Position numbers and translations under genes: made by a program
Notes under the pieces: model-generated
Told to the model about the DNA's origin: nothing
Seen by the model: only the letters and a program-made list of their open reading frames with translations
The model's database searches: none
Assembly: GCA_031362565.1 (NCBI GenBank)
Contig: JANLSU010000062.1
Coordinates: 22,281 to 86,280 of the forward strand
Direction of reading: 5' to 3'
Source: a bacterium
Lineage (GTDB): Bacteria; Krumholzibacteriota; Krumholzibacteriia; G020349025
Length of the DNA: 64,000 bases
Part shown: in pieces, positions 34,135 to 43,338 of the stretch
Numbering within the stretch: the stretch's first letter is position 1
How the letters are laid out: each line of letters begins with the position of its first letter

Positions 34135-35160
34135 GTGGTGGCAGCAAGGAAGCAGTCGCGACGGTGGTTGTGGGTCGCAGGCGGAATTGCCGCCGTGGGG
34201 TTCGGACTCACGGCGCAGGCTTCAGCGCCCATCGCTGGAGCGCCCGCCGGTTCCCCCGCGACCCAAGCGCCGCCGCCGCGTGCTGTTGCGCGGCCGGCCA
34301 GCGCCACGACAGCCCGCACTCCGGCTGCGACCAAAACCGTCCGCCACGTTGCCGCCCGTGCGCCAGCACCCAACCGCGTCCGGGTTCGGATCCTCGCTCC
34401 GGCGTCGGTTCCGGCCGCCGCATTCAAAGGCGCAATCGCCGGCGCGCCGCCCACGAACCCGGCCGCTGCCGCCGCCGCTTCCGCTGCCGCTGCTGCCAAG
34501 GCCGCGCTCGAGGACCCGTGTGGCCGGCGTATTTACGAATCCACCGCGCCGCCGCTGCCCGAATTGCCGGTGCAATCGCCGGACGAAGCGCTAAACCGGC
34601 TCATCACCGGCAATGACCGATTCATGGACGACCGCCCCCAGGGCGTCAATCGTTCACACCTTCGTCGCGACAACGTCGCCAAGACGCAAGCGCCATTCGC
34701 GATTGTCTTGGGTTGCGTCGATTCACGGGTGCCGCCGGAAATCATCTTCGATCGCGGCCTCGGCGACTTGTTCGTCATCCGCACCGCGGGCCATGTGGTG
34801 GACGACGCGGCCCTCGGCAGCATCGAGTTCGGCACCGAGGAACTGCACATTCAGCTCGTCGTGGTCCTGGGTCACGAACGCTGCGGCGCCGTCAAAGCCA
34901 CGATGGATATCACCGCGGCCGGCACTCAAGCGCCCGACGAAATCAACACGATCGTGAACGGCGTGCGGCCGGCGATCTTAAAGGCGCTGGGCTCGAAGGG
35001 CGATGCACTCGACGCCGTGGTGAAGGCAAACGTGCAACTAACGGTGAACCGCTTGCGGCGCGTCCCACTGCTCGCTGAGGCCATTGCCAAGGGACGTTTG
35101 AAGATTGTCGGGGCACGGTACGACCTCGACACCGGCGGTGTCGAGGTCATCACACCGTGA
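34135..35160 (+). CDS. Beta-class carbonic anhydrase with export signal and Ala/Pro-rich linker
   Basis: CVDSRV, DLFVIRTAG, GHERCGAV, YDLDTG; SD GGGGAGG before GTG 34135. Confidence 0.9.
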   Translation: MVAARKQSRRWLWVAGGIAAVGFGLTAQASAPIAGAPAGSPATQAPPPRAVARPASATTARTPAATKTVRHVAARAPAPNRVRVRILAPASVPAAAFKGAIAGAPPTNPAAAAAASAAAAAKAALEDPCGRRIYESTAPPLPELPVQSPDEALNRLITGNDRFMDDRPQGVNRSHLRRDNVAKTQAPFAIVLGCVDSRVPPEIIFDRGLGDLFVIRTAGHVVDDAALGSIEFGTEELHIQLVVVLGHERCGAVKATMDITAAGTQAPDEINTIVNGVRPAILKALGSKGDALDAVVKANVQLTVNRLRRVPLLAEAIAKGRLKIVGARYDLDTGGVEVITP

Positions 35161-35164
35161 GTGC

Positions 35165-35998
35165 TCAGCGATAGAAGCCCTTGATGGCGCTCCAGGTCGC
35201 GGTCGTCACGCCCACCACTTCGGATTCGATGATCTGGCTGCTCATGCCCGGGTCGCCACCCAGCTTGAGAGGGTCGCCGACTTCGCCGCGCGCCCCATCG
35301 CCGGGCTCGCTGCAGACCAAAGACGTCGACAGGGTGGTTTCGACTTCCGGCCCGCTGCCTGGATCGAAGAAACCCAACGACAGCGCGCCGTCGAACGGTG
35401 AGAAGTCGTAGCCGAAAGTGTGCGTGACGGGGTTGCTGAAGAATCTCCCACCGAGATCGGTACCGGTCTCTTGCAACACGAACGAATGGCTGCCGCCGGT
35501 CAGAGTGGCGCTGGCGGCAAACAGCGTCTGACTACCGAACTGAACGTTGATGGTCCACGTCACCGTCGCCGCCGCCGCTCCCAACGCATTCAGTTCGTAG
35601 AGCGTCAATTTCGGTGCTGTGATGTGGAACTCATACAGGTATTCGATCGGGTGATCGCTCTGGTTCGTCTTTGAGCCGTGCCAGCGGGTCGAGCTTTGCA
35701 TGCTCAAGCGCTCGTGGCCATTGCAGGCACCGTCAACGCGCACCGCCGCAAACCCCAGATCGTCTTGGGCCGCGAGCGCCGCTGCGGGCCCACCGCCGCC
35801 GATCAGGGTGGTGCCAGCGAACGTGCTCGACGCGAACAGGGAGCCGCTGGCCGCGGGGCCTTGGTCGTCTTGCTGTGTGTTGGCGCCTGCCTGACCCTGG
35901 CTGTGGGCCTCGATTTCCAGCGCGTGCGCTGAAGTGGCCAGCAGGCTGAGGGATGAAAGGCAGGCCGCGGCGAAATGTCGCCGCGCTCGAAAGGACAT
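35165..35998 (-). CDS. Secreted hypothetical protein ending in TWSAIKGFYR
   Basis: SD GGGAG; signal peptide MSFRARRHFAAACLSSLSLLATSAHA; beta-rich mature part. Confidence 0.8.
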   Translation of the reverse strand: MSFRARRHFAAACLSSLSLLATSAHALEIEAHSQGQAGANTQQDDQGPAASGSLFASSTFAGTTLIGGGGPAAALAAQDDLGFAAVRVDGACNGHERLSMQSSTRWHGSKTNQSDHPIEYLYEFHITAPKLTLYELNALGAAAATVTWTINVQFGSQTLFAASATLTGGSHSFVLQETGTDLGGRFFSNPVTHTFGYDFSPFDGALSLGFFDPGSGPEVETTLSTSLVCSEPGDGARGEVGDPLKLGGDPGMSSQIIESEVVGVTTATWSAIKGFYR

Positions 35999-36110
35999 CG
36001 TGGCACTCCCTTGCTGAACTTCGGAGTCCTGGGGCTTGGACAGGTGTAATGATACGCCGGTCGGCGCGGGTGGAACAAGGACGTTGGTCGAAGTGCGGGC
36101 TCGGGCCGGC

Positions 36111-38975
36111 TTACGGTGGGGACGCGCTGGCCCCGACCGCACGGCGCGTGTCCGCCAGGAGCGCCGCGCCCGTGGCGTCAGGGGAGGGCCAGAGGGCAGT
36201 GAGGGCCGCGAGGTGGGCGCGCGCCGCGTCGGCATGGCCGCTCCGGGCTTCCACCCGCGCCATTTCGCGGCGCGCGAACGGTTCCACGAACGCGAACCAC
36301 GTCCAAACGTCCAGGTGCAGGCGGCGCGGTGAACAGACGGAGTCCCAGGCGGCGACGGCCTCCGGGAGACGGCCGCCGTGATCGAAGGCCTGGGCCACGA
36401 GCCACCGGCTCGGGACGCGCCCCGTGACCCAGGGTCCGCGGCCGCTGGTGCGGGCGCCGTCCAACAGGCGCACGATCTCCTGGGGGCGGTTCGTCGCTGC
36501 GGCAATCCAGCCGTCGAGCACGGTTGCGTCACCCGCGTGTCGGCGCTGCTCGGAGCCCGGGCCGGCGGCGACGGCGCTGCGGCAGTGGCGGGCGGCCGTG
36601 GAATCACCGTGGGCGGCGGCCACCATCCCGCGGACGATCCAGCCTGTGACCGTGGTGTCGGCAGCGACGCCGAGTTGGGCGGGGTCGGGCACATTGCCGG
36701 TCGCGACTCCCAACTGCAGGAGTGCCACCTGGGCCAGCGATGCGTAGAAGGCGCCCGGCGCCTCCGCCATGAGCGCGCGCAACCCTTTGGCGGCCGCATC
36801 GAGGTGGCCGCGGCGCGCTTCCAGCGACCATTGGGTGAGTGTCGCCATGTACCTCTGACTCTTGTTCGCCGTGCTGCCTTGCACCGCTGCAACGAGCGTG
36901 TCGGCGCGGGCCCATTGGCCACTGCAGACGGCGATTTCGAGTCCGGAGAGAAGCTGCGAGGGGCCGATCATCTTGGCGGCGGCGGCGCGCGCTTCGGCTA
37001 CGCGCCCGACCTGTAGGAGCATGTGCACCCGGTTCACCAGCTGGAGAGATGAAACGCCGAACGGACTGACGCTCGGCTCGTCGAGATGCAAGTGCGCCTC
37101 GATTGCCTCCTCGTAACGCCCGAGATCGAAAACGATCGCGGCGCGATTTCCCCAGCGGTCGGCAGGGCCCTTGGTTTGCTGCATGATCGCATCCGAGACT
37201 TGTAAAGCGGTGTCGAGGTCGTAGCGCAACGCATACTCCTGGAACCATTGCAACGCGAGGCGATCCAAGTCCGTGAGCCGATCCGGCTTCTCCAAGGCCA
37301 ACTTGACGGCGATCTGCGCCGAGTCCAAGAAACTTTGGTTGTAATAATTGATGGCCATCTGTTGGCGCGCGGCGGCGAAATCAGGGTCGAGCCGGAGCGC
37401 TTGCCGCAGCGCTTCGTTGCTGCCGGCGTACTTCGTTTCGCGCTGCAAAGCGATCGCATGCAAATAGTTGCTGAAGGCATCGAAAGATGGGGTGATCGCT
37501 TCGCGAAGCGGTGTCGTGGCGCGCAACGCGTCGCGGCGCTCGCCGAGCTGTTCGCGCAGGTCGTGCCCGAGCTTATCGAGCGTCGCGATCAACTCGTCTT
37601 CGCTGTTGGCGACACGGCTCAGTGTCAGGAGCGTCTCGCGGGTGTCCGAGAGGACGACATCCAGGACGACCGAATAGCGATTCAAGATGCCGTCGATCCG
37701 GCCCTCGATATAGGCCTGCGCCGTACCGCGTTTCGCAAGCTCAGAGGCGACCTCGCCCGTGATGCGGGTCGAATCCGGCTTCTGTGCTTGCTTGAGGGCG
37801 CGCTGCAATTGGGCACGCGAGAACGGTGTGACGAGCGTCGACTGGGCGAGCGATGCCAGAACCAGTTCACGAGTTGCGACCAGCAATTCCGGTTTGACGC
37901 CGACGCCTTGGAAATCGGCCACCAGAATGAAACTCGGGCGTTCCGGCGTCGCGCCGGAGGCGGCTTGCGCGGCCCTGCCTGTACGTTGATGCCACGGTTG
38001 CCACCAAGCGAGCGCGGCGCCGGCCGCGAGCACCGCGGCGGCGATCGGCACCGCCGGGCGCCGCACCAAGCGGCGCATCTTCCACAGCGCGAGACTCGCG
38101 GCCGACGGCGGGTGCAGCTCGATGCGGCGCAGCTCGGTGACGAGATCGCGCGTCGAATCCCAGCGGCCCTGCGGGTCCTTGCTCAAGCAGCGCAACACGA
38201 TGCGGTCGAGTTGCGGCGGCAGCGACGCGTCGCGCGTGTTGAGCGACACTGGGTGCGCGTTCAGCACTGCCGAAAGCGTGTCCACCGTGGTCGGGCCGGT
38301 AAACGGCGCCTCACCGGTCAGGAGTTCGTACGACAGCACGCCGAATGCGAACTGATCGGTGCGGAAGTCGACTTCCAGTCCACGCGCTTGTTCGGGCGAC
38401 ATGTAGGCGGGAGTGCCCATGATTTGGCCGTGCTGCGTCAGGCCGGCAATGGCGGTGGCGGTGGCGCCGCCGGCGAGCGTCTCGTTGCCGGCGTTCGACT
38501 GTTCGGCGAGCACTTTGGCAAGCCCGAAGTCGAGGATCTTGGCGGTGCCATCCCGCGCCACGAGGACGTTTTCCGGCTTGAGGTCGCGATGCACGACGCG
38601 CTGCTCATGGGCGTGCGCGAGTCCGGAGGCGACGTCGATCGCGATTCGGAGCGCCCGGTCGTGGGGCAAAGGCGCCTCGAGGAGCGTCCGCAAGGACGCC
38701 CCTTCGATGAACTCCATGGCGATGAACATCGTGCCATCGACTTCGTTGGCTTCGAAGATCGTCGCGATGTTGGGGTGCGACAGCGACGCCGCGGAGCGCG
38801 CTTCCTGCAGAAAGCGGGCGCGGTACGCCGGTTGTTCGCCGAGCAAGTCGGCCCGCATCACCTTGAGCGCCACGGTGCGCTCGAGCACCGTGTCCTGCGC
38901 CTTGTAGACGACACCCATGCCGCCGCGGCCGAGTTCGCTGAGAATGCGATAATGCGAGAACGTAGTGCCGATCAT
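36111..38975 (-). CDS. Hanks-type Ser/Thr kinase with TM and extracellular TPR region
   Basis: LGRGGMGVVYKA, HRDLKPEN, DFGLAK, GTPAYMSPEQ; TM IAAAVLAAGAALAWW; TPR ALRLDPDFA. Confidence 0.95.
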   Translation of the reverse strand: MIGTTFSHYRILSELGRGGMGVVYKAQDTVLERTVALKVMRADLLGEQPAYRARFLQEARSAASLSHPNIATIFEANEVDGTMFIAMEFIEGASLRTLLEAPLPHDRALRIAIDVASGLAHAHEQRVVHRDLKPENVLVARDGTAKILDFGLAKVLAEQSNAGNETLAGGATATAIAGLTQHGQIMGTPAYMSPEQARGLEVDFRTDQFAFGVLSYELLTGEAPFTGPTTVDTLSAVLNAHPVSLNTRDASLPPQLDRIVLRCLSKDPQGRWDSTRDLVTELRRIELHPPSAASLALWKMRRLVRRPAVPIAAAVLAAGAALAWWQPWHQRTGRAAQAASGATPERPSFILVADFQGVGVKPELLVATRELVLASLAQSTLVTPFSRAQLQRALKQAQKPDSTRITGEVASELAKRGTAQAYIEGRIDGILNRYSVVLDVVLSDTRETLLTLSRVANSEDELIATLDKLGHDLREQLGERRDALRATTPLREAITPSFDAFSNYLHAIALQRETKYAGSNEALRQALRLDPDFAAARQQMAINYYNQSFLDSAQIAVKLALEKPDRLTDLDRLALQWFQEYALRYDLDTALQVSDAIMQQTKGPADRWGNRAAIVFDLGRYEEAIEAHLHLDEPSVSPFGVSSLQLVNRVHMLLQVGRVAEARAAAAKMIGPSQLLSGLEIAVCSGQWARADTLVAAVQGSTANKSQRYMATLTQWSLEARRGHLDAAAKGLRALMAEAPGAFYASLAQVALLQLGVATGNVPDPAQLGVAADTTVTGWIVRGMVAAAHGDSTAARHCRSAVAAGPGSEQRRHAGDATVLDGWIAAATNRPQEIVRLLDGARTSGRGPWVTGRVPSRWLVAQAFDHGGRLPEAVAAWDSVCSPRRLHLDVWTWFAFVEPFARREMARVEARSGHADAARAHLAALTALWPSPDATGAALLADTRRAVGASASPP

Positions 38976-39243
38976 GGGAGGCGCTGCCCGAACTTGCGTG
39001 GGGCAGAGGGGCCAACCCGTGTGGCGCGAATGCACGGAACGAGGGTGCGCACGGCGCGGAGTCTACGGGTCCACCCGGCACGTCGTCTATCAATGTACGC
39101 CGGGCCGGGAGGCTAGCCGCCCGGCCCCGCCCGGACCGGCCACTGCTCCTTGGGTGCGCCCGGCACAGCTCCGAACGCCAACGATCCGAACGTTCGCACG
39201 AACCCCAGCGCGGCGCGGGCACAGCGGTGTCAGCCCCAATCGC

Positions 39244-39483
39244 CTACTCGGAGTAGAGCAGGCGATACCGAAACACAAAAACCTCACGCACGAACGGATT
39301 TCCGAGTTCGGCCACCACTCGACCGCGCTCCGACAGCGTCTCCAGCCCCGATGCGGCAGCAACGGCCTGGCTCAAGACCGCACGGGCGCCGTCGACGGAA
39401 TCTTGTGCGATGTAGTCCAGCGCTTCGCCGAGCGCGAGCTGCGCTTGAGCGGTCCAAATTACCCGGCGGTGCCGCTGAGCCAT
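39244..39483 (-). CDS. RelE/ParE-family toxin, appears C-terminally truncated
   Basis: VIWTAQAQLALGEALDYIAQDS, GRVVAEL..REVFVFRYRLLY then stop. Confidence 0.7.
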   Translation of the reverse strand: MAQRHRRVIWTAQAQLALGEALDYIAQDSVDGARAVLSQAVAAASGLETLSERGRVVAELGNPFVREVFVFRYRLLYSE

Positions 39484-39656
39484 TTTTTGCGCAATTGTTG
39501 GGCGACTTCGTCATGGGACACCATGCGGCCATTTGCGACGTCCTGTTGGCCGAGCTGAACGGCTTGAACCACATAGAGATGGTAGAGGACGTCGTCGAGG
39601 GTACAGTCGTCCGGCAGGCGCTCTAGGAGCTCACGGACCGTTTTCTTGACTTCCAC
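39459..39656 (-). CDS. Putative antitoxin of the RelE/ParE module
   Basis: LLERLPDDCTLDDVLYHLYV..GQQDVANGRMVSHDEV; SD GGGGAGG; overlaps the toxin start. Confidence 0.8.
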   Translation of the reverse strand: MEVKKTVRELLERLPDDCTLDDVLYHLYVVQAVQLGQQDVANGRMVSHDEVAQQLRKKWLSGTAG

Positions 39657-39971
39657 GAAGCCTCCCCATGGCGCGAGTCCGCAGTCAGCATACACCCCTC
39701 CCGTTTGTGTCGCGACCCGACAAAGCATTCCGATCCGTCGTCGCTCGACGGTGCCGAGAGATCCACGGTCGAATCGCTCTTCGCAATCGACGGGCCATGC
39801 AGGCTGCCCTCGGGAGGTGGCTCTGCGGGCCGGTTCTTGAGCGCGTCGTTGCGTGTCGTTCGTCAACGGGAGTTGCGGTGATGTGTCGATGGCGTTGACA
39901 CTCGAGCAGGGCACCGAGAGGATCGAAACGGACAGTCGAGGCCGGATTGGAAATTTCCTTTTTGACCGCTC

Positions 39972-40000
39972 TTGACATCAAGACGCGCGTCTTTTATGAT
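39972..40000 (+). promoter_or_regulatory. lexA sigma-70 promoter with a palindromic operator in the spacer
   Basis: TTGACA(39972-77)-N17-TATGAT(39995-40000); perfect palindrome AAGACGCGCGTCTT at 39980-39993. Confidence 0.85.
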
Positions 40001-40006
40001 TCCGGC

Positions 40007-40669
40007 ATGGGACGCCCGACTCAAGAAGCATCCGAAGCCACCCGCGAGCGAATCTTCGAATTCGTGCGTCGGCGTGTGCTGGAAGGCCTGCCGCCCACGG
40101 TTCGCGAGGTGCAGCAGGCGGTCGGCTTCAAGGCTGTGCAACCCGCGAACGTGCATCTGCAGGCGCTCATCGACTCGGGCCGGCTGATCAAGCTTCCGGG
40201 GAAAGCTCGCGGGTTCGCTCTTCCCGAAAGTCCACGTGGTTTGCAGCCGTCGGTTCTGGTGCCCCTGGTGGGGCGCGTTCAGGCCGGAGTGCTCACCACG
40301 GCGGTCGAGGATCCCGAGGGCTATATCCCCGTCGAATCGCGCCGCGCGACGGCCAAGTCGAAGACGGAAATGCTGGTGGCGTTGCGAGTGCGCGGCGACA
40401 GCATGAGTGGTGCGGGGATCTTCGATGGCGACATCGTGATCGTGCAGCGGCAGCCCATGGCCCAGGACGGCGACATCGTTGTTGCGCTGGTCGAGGACGA
40501 AGCCACGGTCAAACGGTTACGCATCAAAAAGAACACCGTTGAACTCGTGCCTGAGAACGACGCCTTCCAACCGATCGCGGTGCGACCCGATCGGGTGATT
40601 CTGTACGGCAAAGTGATCGAAATCCGCAGGTATTTGGACGATTTCCGAAAGGTGACATCGCGACGGTGA
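40007..40669 (+). CDS. lexA: LexA repressor
   Basis: PPTVREV wHTH, GRVQAG (Ala-Gly cleavage site), VRGDSM (Ser), EATVKRL (Lys). Confidence 0.95.
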   Translation: MGRPTQEASEATRERIFEFVRRRVLEGLPPTVREVQQAVGFKAVQPANVHLQALIDSGRLIKLPGKARGFALPESPRGLQPSVLVPLVGRVQAGVLTTAVEDPEGYIPVESRRATAKSKTEMLVALRVRGDSMSGAGIFDGDIVIVQRQPMAQDGDIVVALVEDEATVKRLRIKKNTVELVPENDAFQPIAVRPDRVILYGKVIEIRRYLDDFRKVTSRR

Positions 40670-40833
40670 TGTCCTCGCGTCAGAGTCCTTGCGAGAGCGA
40701 TTTCGAAGCAATCCCCCGAGTGCGCTCCGAAGACCGGCTCCATGTCGAAAAACTGATGCAACGACATGTGCCGTGTCCTCTGACGGTTCACGCCTGTCGT
40801 TGACAGACGCGTGCGTGCCTGTGCCGGCACCGC

Positions 40834-41733
40834 ATGTCCAAAACGGCCCGTGAGGGCTTGGTGGGGAGTCTTTGTCTCATGCGCAGCTCAGAAGCACGCC
40901 GCGTGCTCGTACTCGGGCGCTACGACGCCCCCACGACCGAAGACGACTTCGACGCCTTTGGCATCGATGACGTCCCAACGCTCGAACGCGGCGATGGAAT
41001 CGAAGCCGCCACTGTCCCGACGTTATCCGTCCAACCCCCGGTCATGTCAGTCATGACATCTTCCGGCCGGCGCGAACCCACCACTGTCCCGACGTTATCC
41101 GTCGCCGGTGCAGTGTCGTTGGATGCATGGCGGGCGGCAGAGCGCGGGCTCACGCGTGGGATCGAGACCGAAGCGGCGCCGGCTTGGAGCTGGGCGACTT
41201 TGGCGGGGCGAGTGGTCGAGCTTTGTGGCGGCCGCGCTTCGGCCGTGCTGACGAGCGCCTTTGGCCTCGTGCTCGATGCGCAACGGCAAGGCGAGCCGGC
41301 GGTGTGGATCACATTGCAACACACGCATTTTTTTCCACCCGATGTGGCCGCGAACGGCGTTGATTTGGATTCGCTTGTCATCGTGCGCGTCAAGGAACCC
41401 GAACAGGTGCCGCGCGCCGCCGATCAATTGGCGCGCTCGGGAGCCTTCGGGCTCTTGGTGTTGGACTTGGGCGCCGAGCCGCGCGTGCCGACACCGCTTT
41501 TATCGCGGTTGCTGGGCTTGGCCCAAAAACACGAATCGGCGGTCGTGTGCCTGAGTGCCAAACCACCGGATTCGCCGTCCCTCGATTCACTGGTGTCGCT
41601 GCGCGCAGATGTTTTCCGTGTGCGGCGCGCCCCGGGTGTTTTCGATTGCGTCTTGAGAGTCGCGAAGGACAAACGGCATGCGCCGGGATGGCGGCACGTC
41701 GACACGTGCCGCGGGCCGGCCGGAGTGCGCTGA
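40834..41733 (+). CDS. imuA: ImuA/RecA-like mutagenesis protein (start uncertain, N-terminal extension)
   Basis: Degenerate P-loop VELCGGRASAVLT, FFPPDVAANGVDL, LARSGAFGLLVLD; lies between lexA and imuB. Confidence 0.85.
   Translation: MSKTAREGLVGSLCLMRSSEARRVLVLGRYDAPTTEDDFDAFGIDDVPTLERGDGIEAATVPTLSVQPPVMSVMTSSGRREPTTVPTLSVAGAVSLDAWRAAERGLTRGIETEAAPAWSWATLAGRVVELCGGRASAVLTSAFGLVLDAQRQGEPAVWITLQHTHFFPPDVAANGVDLDSLVIVRVKEPEQVPRAADQLARSGAFGLLVLDLGAEPRVPTPLLSRLLGLAQKHESAVVCLSAKPPDSPSLDSLVSLRADVFRVRRAPGVFDCVLRVAKDKRHAPGWRHVDTCRGPAGVR
41009..41103 (+). repeat. 23-bp direct repeat CCACTGTCCCGACGTTATCCGTC, two copies with 72-bp period
   Basis: Copies at 41009-41031 and 41081-41103, both encoding TVPTLSV. 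Confidence 0.9.
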
Positions 41734-41748
41734 ACGTGGGGACTCGAA

Positions 41749-43335
41749 GTGGATCGGCTCGCATGCATCGACGTGCCGGCAGTGCCGTTGCAGTTGCTGC
41801 TGCGCGCCCACCCCCAATGGGTGGGGCACCCCGTCGCGGTGGTCGACGAAGACGTGCCGCAAGGCATGGTGCTGTGGCACGACGAAACGGCGCGGCAGGC
41901 GGGAATCCGTCGCGGGCTGCGCTATGCGGCAGCGCTTGGCCTGTGCTCGGAACTGCGGGCCGGTGTCGTGGATGCGAAGACCATCGCGGTGTGTGTCGCC
42001 GGATGGCTGGAGCGTTTGCGGCGTTTCACGCCCGGGGTCGAATCCTGTAGCGACGAGCCCGGCGTGTTTTGGCTCGATGGGCGCGGACTGCGCGGCCACT
42101 ACCGCACGCCGCGCGCTTGGGTGGATGCGCTCGGGCAGGAAAGCCTCGCGGCAGGTTGGACGGCGTCGATCGTCTGCGGCTTCGATAAGTTCGCGACCTA
42201 CGCGGTAGCGAAGTCGCTCGCGAGCCGGGAGGGTGCGGGCCGGAAAAGTGCGAGCGGGGAGAGTGCGAGCCGTGGCGGCGCGCGAGTCGTGTTTGCGACA
42301 CCGCAAGACGAGACGGTGGCGTTGCAGCGAGTGCCGCTCGATCGTGTGGGGCTCGACCCGAGGGCGCGCGACACGCTTGGCAAGCTTGGCGTGCGTACGG
42401 TCGGCGAGTTCGTGCGGCTACCGGCGGCGGGATTGCTGCGGCGCTTCGACGGGGCGACGTACCGGCTGCATCGCATGGCAACGGGTCAATTTGCTTTGCC
42501 GCCGCAAGCCGAGCAAGAAGTCGAACCGGTCTGCGCGGAGGCCGATCTCGATCCACCCGAGCTGGATGTCGAACGGCTGACGTTCCGCATCAAGCAGATG
42601 TTGGACCCGCTGCTCGACCGTTTGGAGCGCGAGGGCCGGGCGCTGGCGACACTCGAGTTGCAAATCGGTTTTGACGGCGTGGGGCCGGTGCGTGGACGCC
42701 CGGCTGTGGCGCATGTCATTCGACCCGCGGCGCCAACGCTCGATGCGGTGCAGTTGCTCGGGCTCGTGCGCCTGTGGCTCGACGCGACATTGTTGCCAAG
42801 CGGTGTCGTGGCACTCGTGCTTGCCGTTGAACCGACGGTGGCGCGCCACGAACAACTGTCGCTCTTTGTCGCCAAGCCGAAGCGCGATCGGCTGGCGGCA
42901 GCGCGGGCCTTTGCACGGCTGCGGGCGGCGCTCGGCGACGATGCGGTCGGGCGCGTGCGGCTCACCGACGGCCATTTGCCGGAAGCGCGCTTTACGTGGG
43001 AGCGCATCGACCGGCTTGCGGAAGCGGCGCTGCAACCACGTGACGACCTGGTGCGGGAGCGTGGCGTCGACACCACGGTTCTCGTGCGGCGGCTCTACAC
43101 GCGCCCTTTGCCGTTGCCGTCCCGTCCACCGCAGGAGCCGGACGGCTGGCTCTTGTGTGGGCTCGACCACGGTCCGGTGGCGCGTTTCGTGGGGCCGTAT
43201 GTCGTCTCGGGTGCGTGGTGGCGGAGCGAAATCCATCGTGAGTACTACGTCGCCGAAATGCGCCAGGGCGATCTCTTGTGGGTTTACTACGACCGCCGGC
43301 GCCGGCAGTGGTTCTTGCAAGGCATCGTGGAGTGA
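41749..43335 (+). CDS. imuB: Y-family polymerase-like protein ImuB
   Basis: ACIDVPAVPLQ, FTPGVE, LGVRTVGEF, QLSLF clamp-binding motif, GPYVVSGAWW..REYY. Confidence 0.92.
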   Translation: MDRLACIDVPAVPLQLLLRAHPQWVGHPVAVVDEDVPQGMVLWHDETARQAGIRRGLRYAAALGLCSELRAGVVDAKTIAVCVAGWLERLRRFTPGVESCSDEPGVFWLDGRGLRGHYRTPRAWVDALGQESLAAGWTASIVCGFDKFATYAVAKSLASREGAGRKSASGESASRGGARVVFATPQDETVALQRVPLDRVGLDPRARDTLGKLGVRTVGEFVRLPAAGLLRRFDGATYRLHRMATGQFALPPQAEQEVEPVCAEADLDPPELDVERLTFRIKQMLDPLLDRLEREGRALATLELQIGFDGVGPVRGRPAVAHVIRPAAPTLDAVQLLGLVRLWLDATLLPSGVVALVLAVEPTVARHEQLSLFVAKPKRDRLAAARAFARLRAALGDDAVGRVRLTDGHLPEARFTWERIDRLAEAALQPRDDLVRERGVDTTVLVRRLYTRPLPLPSRPPQEPDGWLLCGLDHGPVARFVGPYVVSGAWWRSEIHREYYVAEMRQGDLLWVYYDRRRRQWFLQGIVE

Positions 43336-43338
43336 ACC

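Noticed and set aside
35999..36922. Upstream half of the 585-aa ORF 35165-36922
   Set aside because: Overlaps the kinase gene in another frame; SD and signal peptide point to a start at 35998.
40801..40803. Selenocysteine read-through of the in-frame TGA before imuA
   Set aside because: No redox motif context or convincing SECIS; ImuA is not a known selenoprotein.
41009..41103. 23-bp repeats with a 49-bp spacer as a mini-CRISPR
   Set aside because: Only two copies, in frame within a CDS, and no cas genes.
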